Shown in pieces: positions 49,259 to 59,883 of a DNA stretch of 64,000 nt. How positions within the stretch are numbered: position 1 is the stretch's first letter; each line of letters opens with the position of its first letter. The stretch is from Amphiscolops sp. MND2022 (lineage: Eukaryota), in assembly GCA_964187785.1 (NCBI GenBank), contig OZ076409.1, positions 98,768,001-98,832,000 on the forward strand. The letters run 5' to 3'. The translations under genes were made by a program, and so were the position numbers. The notes under the pieces were generated by a model. The model made no database searches. It was not told the DNA's origin and saw only the letters and a list, made by a program, of their open reading frames with translations.

Positions 49259-51183
49259 TGTGGAAAATTTAGTTTTTGGCGTCTAAAAAAATGCATCGCG
49301 TTTGCGCGAAGTACATATGATAGATTGAACTGTGTTAACCACGTTTTCAGACCGCCGGAACAGTGAAAACAGCTGAACAGGCTGACAATAGCATGCTTCG
49401 ATATGGCTTATTTGGCAAACTAGGTTTACTTAGTAAACGAAACTTCTTAGGCAAAATTAACGAGCTAGTGAGTGACGTCAGTGATGAAGTAATTCGAATT
49501 GACTACGTCAGAGTTGAAACTCTGTTAACGAATTTTACTAAGTCCCACTTTCGAGCGAAAACATTCTAAGATACACTAGGAAAAACCAAACATCACAAAA
49601 TCGAAACCCCCCCCCCCAAGTCAGGTTTTTCTCAGAGACTATTAATTGTAGAGACTTGAAATTTGGCACACGTATACCTGAGCTGTTATGCTACTGATCC
49701 ATAAAAACGAAACCGAGCCGAGACTCCCCAGCTCCGGGCTATTAGCACCGGAAGTGACATAGGTCGACCCCCCCACGAACTCATCGGCCAAGCACGGAAT
49801 AAGTCATGTAATACATGGAATCAATAGCCCATAGGATAAGAGGCCGTTTGCGCATATTTTTGGAACCCTATGACGCGTGTAGGAGGAGTACGGACCCTCA
49901 GTAAATAAACCTCGAATGTTATGTAAATAGCCAACGGATGACCGGAAGATCATGAAACTTGCCCAAGATGATCAGCTAGTAACCCTAAGTAATATACATG
50001 AAAGATACATGAATCGATACACCACGCGCGGAGTAATGTTTGTTTAAGGCACGCGGGACCGGACGCGCGGGCCCGACCGATAAAAGACATTTGACTTTGG
50101 CTTGTAATACCTCAAACGAACCGAAACGATGAATGAAGTCGATTACTAACAAGAATGGAAACGTATTTGTAACCCATGCGGGGGTAGCCGCCTTAAGTAA
50201 ACAAACGATACGCATATCATGTAACTCGAAGACCATTGACCCTAGGATGACATAACTTGGCAGGTAGCAACACTGGATGAAGACAAATAACTTCAAGGTC
50301 ACCGATGGACCTCAAGGTCACTTTAGATGCAATCTCTGAATATATGGAAAAACTTACAATAAAACATGTAAATCAGCGTCTTTAGATGATAATTTATGCA
50401 TTTCAGACAGGCGGAACAATTCGCGATGCATTGCGCCCAAAAGGACGGAAAAATAACCCTCACACGTAGAGAGCATGTAAACCATGTAGTTGAAGGTCAG
50501 TGAACGATTGGCTCGATATTAGAAATATCTTGGGTGACTTGAATTATTATTGAAATGTGAACTTTGTACAACCTTTGTTGAAGTATTGGTCGTTGGCGGC
50601 GAAGTATGTCTGGCCGAAATATAAATAGGGCGCCGCCGTGCCATAAAAGGAATGAAACTACATGAAGTCAAAAGCATGCAAATAAAAGAGCGACATCGGT
50701 ACAACTAAAATGCGGGCGATGAACAAATATAATTGAGGCGGATTTGGAATATACTTGAATAGGCACAACCGAGTTAGAGAACTACAAGCAAGTCGAGCCT
50801 CGAGACGGGGGCAAGAAACTTGGCTTCGCTATAAGAACTGGTTTGTCGTTAGCTCTAGCGATTGAACTTGAACAAGTCCGGGACTTGTGTTTTGCGCATC
50901 GAATTAGTTGACTGAATCGTGGACCTAAGCTTTAGCCAATTTGTTAACTTGATTTGATATTCTTGACGAGACGATTTGATTATCGTTATTAGAAGTTAAT
51001 TGGATTATTGAACATCTCTTTTCGTGATAGATTGACTTGAGCCGAAAAGCTTGAGCACTGGAGAGACTTTGGATAAGTGAGAACACGATAGAAATAACCG
51101 AACTTACTCACCAAAAATCCTTTTTCTGATAGAGTTAGATTCTTGGGAAAATCTCTCCGCCCTCGAATTCTAAATTTTCTACG
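49259..51183 (+). repeat. 3' LTR (~1925 bp), terminal CA changed to CG
   Basis: Follows the PPT; followed by the TSD GAAAA at 51184-51188. Confidence 0.95.
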
Positions 51184-51560
51184 GAAAACCGAAAATGGCA
51201 AGCCGTACTTTTACACTCAATAAGGTTCAATTGAAGAAACACTAGAAAGAACGATTCGGTTGACGTAATCAAGTGATTCTGCAATTAGGCTTAACGATCA
51301 GTGTAATATACCAATAATGCCCTTACCTTCATATTTGCTTGGTGTGAATAAAACGTGTTCTGTGATTGCAGTGACGCTGTGTAAAATAATTACACTGATT
51401 ACATAATTTGCATCTCTTTCTTTCTATTCCCCCCTTTTGACTCCTTACATTGTGCCCCCTTTTTGTGTCCTTTCACTAAACTCTCACCCGTTAGTTTAAT
51501 AGGACCATGTAATCTATTTTCCCCCCAAACTGCGGCGGGGGGGGGGGGGGTAAGACAGAA

Positions 51561-52973
51561 CCCAGGTTGACCAACATAATCGGAAATGATGAATCATACC
51601 ATGTCATAGTATGGTCATGATGGAAAATGATGGTCATACTATGATCATAGTATGGTCATATTATGAATAGCATGTCGGTGACTATGATCATAGTATGATT
51701 GAACACGTTCGAAATTTTCGAAAAATTCGATTATCACCTAACGGTTATTATTGGAAAACGGCGCGCATCCATAAATCATTTTGTCGAAGTTCTCTTTAAA
51801 CCCGTTGTTTCTGTCCTGTTATATGGGTTACCTTAATGACCCGGGTAGCATTAAGGACGCTTTTCGGCACCGCGTTTCCTGAAGCCGCTGTGATAGGTAG
51901 GATTTTTTTGGGAAATCAGGAACGAATTTCAGGATGGGAGAGGGAAGAAGATCTAAAGAATAAGATCTAAAATAATAAGATCTAAAATTATGACATGCTC
52001 AACTTCCAAAAGGGGAATAAGATCTAAAGTTTTAGATCATATTCCCTTCAGATGTTATTCTTTAGAGAAGGGGAATAAGATCTAAAATGCATTGATTTTA
52101 GGTCTTATTCCCTTTAGATCTTATTCCCGTCCTGAAAATTTAGATCCTATTCCCTTTAGATCTTATTCCCTTCTTTGATTTTAGATCTTATTCTTTAGAT
52201 CTTATTCCCCCCTCTATTTCAGGATTTCAAAATGGAAAAAGCGCTTATTTTTAGATATAATTTAGTCTCTATATTGATATACATAATTTGTATACTGTTC
52301 ACTGTCTTCCCAGAGTTTTCGATGATTTTAGATCAAATTGATTCAGGTTCTAGATCTGATTCCTATTTCAATAGCTGATTTCCATAATTTAGCAGCTATT
52401 TTGCCCAAGTTTCACATTATTCTCGATTTAGAGATCGTTTTGTATAACCCAAAAACTAGTTATTATGGTCTAGTGTATCATTAAAGTGTTCTTATGGTCT
52501 AGTCTTATTATGGTATAGTGTATCTAAATACAGATCTGAATTGTTTTCATTGTTTTCAAAGAGTTTTGGTTTTGTACTTTTCCAGTTCTGAAAACCCGAA
52601 GGAGGCCAAGTTCTCGTCGTGGGTCTCGTCAAGTGTGATACTATGTATTTCACGAGCTGAGAGCCTCCCTAAAAATACAACATAAGGACTTCGGCAAGCA
52701 ATTTCTGTGAATTATGTGCACAGGTAGCTGCCATGTCCGACATTCTTACTACATTTTTTTTCTTGGAACATGGTTTTCTTAGTATGTTCATGATATGAAA
52801 CATGATGGTCATAGTATGTTCATGATATAAAACCTGATGGTCATAGTATGATCATACTATGAAACATGGTCGCCATGGTAAGATCCTGGCAAGATCATGA
52901 TCATGAAATGACCATGATCATAGTATGATCATACTATGATCATAGTATGGTGAGTATGTTTGGTCAACCTGGG
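51561..52973. mobile_element. CMC/EnSpm-like non-autonomous element nested in the MITE
   Basis: TIR CCCAGGTTGACCAA / TTGGTCAACCTGGG. Subterminal CATAGTATGATC repeats. AA duplicated. The host is continuous at the matching site in the copies at ~29788 and ~31090. Confidence 0.78.
51936..52215. mobile_element. Foldback/Mutator-like MITE nested in the CMC-like element
   Basis: Inverted arrays of AATAAGATCTAAA, flanked by the direct repeat ATTTCAGGAT. Confidence 0.75.
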
Positions 52974-53823
52974 AAGGTTCAAATAGCATTATGTCGACAT
53001 CGTTTGAGTTAAAATTTTGGTCCATGAAAATAATTAATGTCGACATAATCCTATCCATTACATTGACTGTCAGTTACAGAATGCTTATTAGATTTTATAG
53101 CGGACAAAATTCGCGCTGAAATAGGGGCCTCTTTATACGATTTGAGCTTGTTCCAAACGTGAATTTCAGCTATTTTGGACAATAATATCATAAAATTATG
53201 GTAATTTGTTTGTCTGAAGTGTCCAAACAGTTGTAGAGAGTATTTACATTCATATAACATTCTCTTATTAGTGAAATATCTTTTTATTCAATAACAAAAT
53301 GTGCTTTCGTGTTGGGGGGATATTCCCAACAAGGTGTACCTCCTGGGGAATAGATGACATGGTCCGTTTAATATTTTGTCGATAGGAAAGACACAATTTT
53401 GTTTTCCTATATTAACCTTTATTTTTCGTAAATTTTTATTGATTGCTAAAAATTTAGGACGAACTCACTGTCGAGATTATAAAAGGTAAATCAAAGTGAA
53501 ACTTTCGTCATTTGAAAAAACTAACGAGATCGGTTTGTTGTCGCATCATAGTTGGTACATCAACTGCACAAAAATTTATTTTATCACCCTCAAACAAAGT
53601 TTTAGGTTTAAAAAAATAAACTCTGTTTTACGCCACTAATTGTTCCACCCACAACGTCTTGTTTCACGTCCTGTGGGCTCTTTCTTTTGAAACTTGTAAA
53701 CGTTGTTCAAAATTTATTGCTTGAATAATATGATATTATTTTGAATAAATTAATTTAACACTTAATCGCAATTTGTATTTTAGTTCTTCTGTATTAAGCA
53801 AACGATCATTTCAAAGAAGACTA

Positions 53824-54329
53824 TTTTTAGTCGGCGCTTCATGAAGTGAAACGCGACTATTATAGTGACTCTTTTCTATCCACACGAACTGACCAAAATA
53901 GTTCTAAAAAATTCTACAAAATATTATTGCACCAAATTGCACTATTTGGCCTAGCGAACTGAACCAAAAAGGTTTTTCCTGTTCTTCCGCGTAACATACC
54001 ATACCGGGCGAGACCAAAGGGTCCCCCTTTCATTTTTTTCGGCACTGCGAGACTTTTTTTCCGAAAAATTTTTTTCCCCAAAGGGTCCCCCCTGCATTTT
54101 TTTTTGATGTTTTGCGACAGAATGGATGTTGCAAAAATCCCAAAGGGTCCCCCCTTTCAGTTTTTCGGCATTGTGAGACTTTAGCGCGTCCATTTTTTGA
54201 GTATGTAATTTTTTCGAAAAATTTTCGATTTTCGAGTACTGTAAAAGAGAATACTTGACACTTGGAAGTCTTTTTGCAATTTTTGAACCTTGGATATGGC
54301 GCCGACTTGGGCCGGTGCCGGCTTGTTTT
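53824..54329 (+). mobile_element. HINE/DINE-1-like copy, closely related to 6256-6931
   Basis: TTTTTAGTCGGCGCTTCATGAAG ... GGCGCCGACTTGGGCCGGTGCCGGCTTGTTTT. Confidence 0.78.
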
Positions 54330-55285
54330 AAATTTTTGTAATTCAGTGGTACTCGAGTACTTTTTTTGTTTTGACTATTATCCGAAGTAATTTATTGCGT
54401 TGATAATTTGTTTCTCCCACATTTTCCTAATTTGAAAAGGTTACCTGAAATCGAATTAACGCTCCTACTTAATCGAACCTTCAATCCCCTGGTTGGAACT
54501 GATTGAACTTTTTATATGTGTTTTTGTAGGTTACCAAGCTAATTTTCCATGATTTTGTAAGTTTTCAAAGAAACGTCCATGCATTAAAACTTCAATGATT
54601 CAACTTAATTTTATCAAGCTGCCTATAAGATGCATACTAAATGTGGCCGAAAATCTGCGCCGCAAAGTTTTGCTGGTTTCATTAAGAAGCCGTTCTAATT
54701 TTGAATGCAGCTGAGACCTTCATCAATTTTCCCGCAATTTTAATGCAAATAAACTTCAGTCACTTTATAAAATTCAAAGTAGCGTCATAGTCAGCGTGCT
54801 ATTTGTTTAACGGTGATTATATATGTTATTAACTTGAGAACCTTATGCGTGAAAACAGTGATCGCGGCGGTGAAGGAATGGAATTGTTTTCAGTTTTAAT
54901 TCAAATAGTGGAGGCTGCATTGTCATCCTACAAAATGTTTCCATGAAGGCTCTCGGAATGTTTTCCATGTTTTGTAAAAAAAATAGTCTGAATGTTCCTT
55001 GCAGCATGTAACAAGTTCCAGCATTCTCGACTAGGGTCCCCAGCGTTTAGTTTTGCATGTGTTGTATGGTAGCGATGTACTAAGAGCTGAGGAGTAAGTA
55101 AGCTAAGGTAAAATAATGAATTCATCCTCTTGCGTTCGACAAGTCAACGTGTTACTACACTACATCTAATTCTAACTAGTACCCCACCCCCCTAAACTAG
55201 TCTAAACCTCCAGACGCTAGGTATTAGCTAATAGGGTCTCAGGGACGGTAAGAGTTTAGAAGTTCAACTGAGTTTGTCTGATGTA

Positions 55286-55753
55286 CAGTACTGTGATTAA
55301 GAAATCGTCCCCCTATGACGTTCTCAAACAATCAAAATCGTTTATTTGGTCTCACTTTCAATTCTGATTGGCGCATCAAGTGAAATTCACGTAAATTTAG
55401 GAAGTTTTACCTTTTGAGCCTGATAATTCGGAAACGGTTGATCTATTTTGAAATCAAAATACATCAATATTTTCACTAGATTTGAGGGAGTTATTTGAGA
55501 ATAAAACTTGCAGAAAAAACTGTTGATAAAACGGTCAAAAATTATAAAAATGGAAAAAAGTACCAAATTTGCTCAAAATCAGCCATTTGTAACTCTCTCA
55601 ATTTCTGTCCCAGAAAAATTAAAAAAAACAGTAATATAAACTAGATTAGATTCTAAGAAACTTTTATCTCTGATGTTTTTCAAAATTCTCAACCGATTTC
55701 GAGAAAATCGAGCCTAAAATCGTCCGGGGGACGTTTTCTTAATCACAGTATTG
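55286..55753. mobile_element. Tc1/mariner-like MITE
   Basis: TA-CAGTACTGTGATTAAGAAATCGTCCCCC ... GGGGGACGTTTTCTTAATCACAGTATTG-TA. Confidence 0.8.
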
Positions 55754-56101
55754 TACTTATTTACCACAGAATGAAAACAGTTATTCGAAGACACTTCAAC
55801 TTGAAAAACCTTCAAATTGAAACTTTTGCCACCATTAGTTGTTTCGTGGTGAACCAAAAACTGAAACATCGTCAGAATTTTTTTCAAATATCATCGATTA
55901 CAATATAAATAAAAAAACCGGGCGCACAAAAATTGTTTTTATTATTGTTTCGAAAAATATTACCAGTACTCAGCTTAATAATCTTCACGTTTTCTGTCGA
56001 TTTTTAAAAATGAAACTCGCATTGAGTAATCAAATCTTCAACTGATAATGATTCGAAACTTCAAAATAAAAAAAAACAACTCGTCATCTTAAGCAATCAT
56101 G

Positions 56102-56728
56102 TTTTTAGTCGGCGCATTTTCCTTTAAGGAAAAAAACCCGACTATTACAGTGGCTAGTTTTTTTTTTCGTCAGACCACAGAGCTCATCGCGTATGTACCA
56201 CTTTTTACAGAAACTGATAAGTTCACTCAGGCCAAGTTCGACCAATGCAAACTTACTGCAAAGGGTCCCCCCTTTCGTTTTTTACCTTTTTTACGTAACC
56301 TACAAAACCGGAAGACTCCAAAAGGTCCCCCCTTTCAATTTTTTTTCGGCACTGTGCAAATTTTTTTTCGAAAATTTTCAATGCCCCAAAAGAGTCCCCC
56401 CTTCGAGTTTTTTGATATTTTGCAACAGAAAGTATGTTAATGTATCCCAAAGGGTCCCCCGTTTCATTTTCGGCACTTTGCGACGTTTTCGAAGTTTTTT
56501 TCAAAAAAAAATTTTCAAAAAATTTTTTTCAAAAAAAATTTTCAAAATTTTTTGTTTTCAGTCGGGAAAAGTGATTTTCCAGTCATATCGAGCATGGAAG
56601 GCACACTTTGGGTGTCTCGAAAGTGTTTTCAAAGCTTTCCATGAATACATCTTGGGCATATTTAGAAAACTCTGTGCTTTTTGAGCCTTAGATATAGCGC
56701 CGACTTTAGACGTTCCCGTCTTGTTTTT
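56102..56728 (+). mobile_element. HINE/DINE-1-like copy
   Basis: TTTTTAGTCGGCGC...CCCGACT partial IR. End AGCGCCGACTTT-AGACG-TTCC-CGTCT-TGTTTTT. Confidence 0.78.
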
Positions 56729-58135
56729 CCTAATTTTGATTGTTGGGGGCGTCTTTCAGGAATCCATTTGAGAAAACAATCATTTGAATGATTAGACCAA
56801 CTGAGCTGCTGTGTTAAATGTTTCAAATATGACAAACATTTAGAAAAATCAGAACTTGAAAACGTTGTTCGCTTCAAGTTTTTTGTACACATACTTGTTT
56901 CGAAATTGAATCGTCAAACGCTGAACAAAACTACTCATATTTATGTTTCAAATTCAAAACCATTTCAAGAATGAATTTGTTCTATCATTTAGATGTGGAT
57001 CTGTCTCTTTTTTGTCAATGGCTAATATCGTGTGTTAACGTTTCCAAATCCCGAGTAGCTGATCGCATGTTTGAGGAACTTTCAATCCAATAAAATAGGA
57101 GGCTTCGGAAACTACAAGAAATCACTGATATTTTCAACACCCAAAATAGATATGACAAAAACATATGTGGCAGCCTAAAGCTTGCGTTGGGGCCGAAGAG
57201 AATCGATGATGGCAAATGCTTCATTCCGTTTTCAAAACACTCATTTAAAAACTTGATTTGTTATAAGATTCGTGTTATGTAAACTTACATTATTATATTG
57301 ATACCAGAGATCGTGGATTCTTTTCACTATTAGCTTTAAAACAAACTTTGTGTATGATGTTACTTTAGATGCCAATACCTGTATAGTGAAAGTTGCTTGC
57401 TTGCATAATGCATAATACCGTTTTGTGCGTCCAGTTTTCAAATGAATAAGCTAGGCGCAACTCTCCTGCAGTACTAATACAAGTGGTTTTAAACTATTTA
57501 ACGCAACTGCCGTACTAAGCTTACAGCATAATGCAGTGCAATTTCTTTCCTCCGGAATGGTAAAAGTTACCTTTAGAAGTATGACTCATTCATGTTCAAT
57601 CATATATTATCAAGAGAGTGTGAGAAGTGATGGAAATGACTCTTACCGTATACTCCGTTTGATTTCATTGATGTTTATTACAAACAGTGTGATACGTACA
57701 GTAGCCAATCAGAAGGCAGTGTATTACGTCATGTACGATTCTGTTCATAAAAACTATGTCATGAAAGACGCTAATTATATTACTTATGAAATAACAGGGC
57801 GCTTTTTTTATAGAAATGATGCAACGGTGACGCAAGGATGATTTCCTAGGAAACTACTGTCCTGTAGCTAAATATAGCCCCCCAACAAAAGCGGAGTTGG
57901 AGAAAAAACTTCTGAATTTTTTTTTAAAAAAAACTACTATAGAAACCACGCCTACTTTTTTTAGTCCTTTGAAGATAATAAACTGTAGTTTATCTTATTT
58001 GAATTCCTACTCTGTTTTCCGGATCTGACATTATGAATAATTTCTTCGACTTAATTTCTAACTTTGCATTCTTTACATTTTCCAACTTAAGTAAAATTCT
58101 TCTTTCTAACAAAATATCGTTTTAAACTAACTGAG

Positions 58136-58694
58136 ATGGGAAGTAAAAGAAACAGAGGGTCCAGACGAGGAGAGTCACCCTCACTTGAGAGACAAATGAA
58201 CGGTTCAGTAGCAGAGGCATCACCAGGTAATGAAATTATGATAGAGGCCTCAGTAATTTTTGATAATGTTAGTTCAGTTTGAGGCAGAGAAGCAATTTTA
58301 ACTGATGCTACACAAAATGAGAACGAGATGCAGGTGTGTACTCAAAGAGTGACACATAATGCAAATAGAGAATTGACTGAATTGAGAAAAGAAATGAACG
58401 AAAACTAGGAAAGATGACGACAGAAGTGAAAAACAGTAAAACAATCCAATCAGTTTCTAGCAGAAAGTTTTTTGAACAAACTACATCAAGATACACCAAA
58501 ATGTGCAAATGACAAGGACGGTGAAATAAACGCATCTGACACCGATGATCATGAAAACGAAATACAGGATAATCCTTTCAGGCCAACAGGAACAAACCAA
58601 CTTAGAACACAAGTGCAACCAATTTCCATCCAATATCTTGACTTAGACAATACTGTAATTGTAAATGAAGACCGTACAGGAGAGGGTTTTCACA
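58136..58694 (+). pseudogene. Decayed coding-like segment, possibly a retroelement Gag N-terminus or an LTR-borne ORF
   Basis: MGSKRNRGSRRGESPSLERQ...ELTELRKEMNE...NEIQDNPFRP...NEDRT, with stops and frameshifts. Purine-rich, coiled-coil-like. Confidence 0.35.
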
Positions 58695-59480
58695 CCATTG
58701 GTTTTGTGGCAGCTGCAGTACGAGGTTACGGCAAAATTTGTTGAAAAAACGCGGTCATGATCAAAGTTCCACTTCGGGTAAACGTTTAAGCTATTTTATC
58801 TGGTGCCAATGAGTGTAAACGTTAATATTAACGCGCTGCACCTGAAAGAACGGAGACGAAACTTTCTGGATCTTCTGAAGTCCTCACCCTGAGCACCAAC
58901 ATGTGTTAGCACCTGATACTGTCGATGAGAAAACAATTGAACCCAGCAACGCTATAAAACGAAAACAAAAAATTCATTACCAAGCGATAAATTACTCAGT
59001 ACCTGGTTTGCCGTCGATATAAAAAGTCGAAAACATATTTGTTGTCTCTCACGTAGTTATTACTTAACATCGCCAGATTATTTTAGCTTTACTTTATACA
59101 AATTTTTTCATATTCCACGGTAATAATGTTGTTCGTTTCAAACACTCATACACATTCATTATCCATATTGAAGCAAATGATTCCACAAAAATTCAGAAGG
59201 TAACTTGAAAAACTCACCTAGTTTTTTTTGAAAAACCTCTCTAAGATCTGGCATTGCTCGCAGTGGACATTAGTGTTTTGAAAATAAATAGAAACTTCAC
59301 TGAAACTTACTCTGAAGTGAACGAAAAGAAATCGCTGATCGGAAAAAAAAATCAAGTCAAGTCAACAAAAATGGAACATTTCAGAATTCATATCAAAAGT
59401 TTCTGAACGAATGTCAAAATATGGTTCTACTTTTTATTTCAAAGTAAATATCGTTTTGAAGTGGTGTTAATTTATACCTA

Positions 59481-59745
59481 AACAATACGGGAACGTCTAA
59501 AGTTGGCGCTATATCCAAGGCTGAAAAAGCGCAGATTTGAAATATACATAGGACGTTTTCATGAATAAAAAACCAAAGGGGGACCCTTTGGAATAACTTA
59601 GATGCGTTTCCGGGGTATTCGTTTAGTTTCCTTTAGTTGAAGATACTGAACGTTAACGTTCGTCGCTTGGAGTCTGTCTTAAATAAAAAAAACGAGTGAC
59701 TGTAATAGTCGGGCTCTTTTATTAATAAAAGCGCCGACTAAAAAA
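59481..59745 (-). mobile_element. Short, internally deleted HINE copy
   Basis: AACAATACGGGAACGTCTAAAGTTGGCGCT ... AAAAGCGCCGACTAAAA; interior matches 16140-16270. Confidence 0.7.
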
Positions 59746-59883
59746 ATGAGGTCAATTTTGTAAGCGTAATAACAAAAGTCCAACTTCTGAAAATTTATCC
59801 TTGTGACAAACTTTAGACTTTCTCTGTGAACGATTGAATCATATTATTCCAATCTACCTTGGATCAGGTCGAGGTAGATTGAC

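Larger units (their letters stand above)
43385..51183 (+). mobile_element. Non-autonomous LTR retrotransposon with very long LTRs (Gag + unknown ORF, no Pol)
   Basis: LTRs 43385-45307 and 49259-51183 (>99% identical by eye). TSD GAAAA on both sides. PBS 45309-45326. PPT AGAAGGGAAGAG at 49247-49258. No PR/RT/RH/IN motifs inside. Confidence 0.93.
51502..53365. mobile_element. GGACCATG (Merlin-like) MITE carrying nested insertions
   Basis: TIRs GGACCATGT / ACATGGTCC; perfect 8-bp TSD GTTTAATA. Confidence 0.85.
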
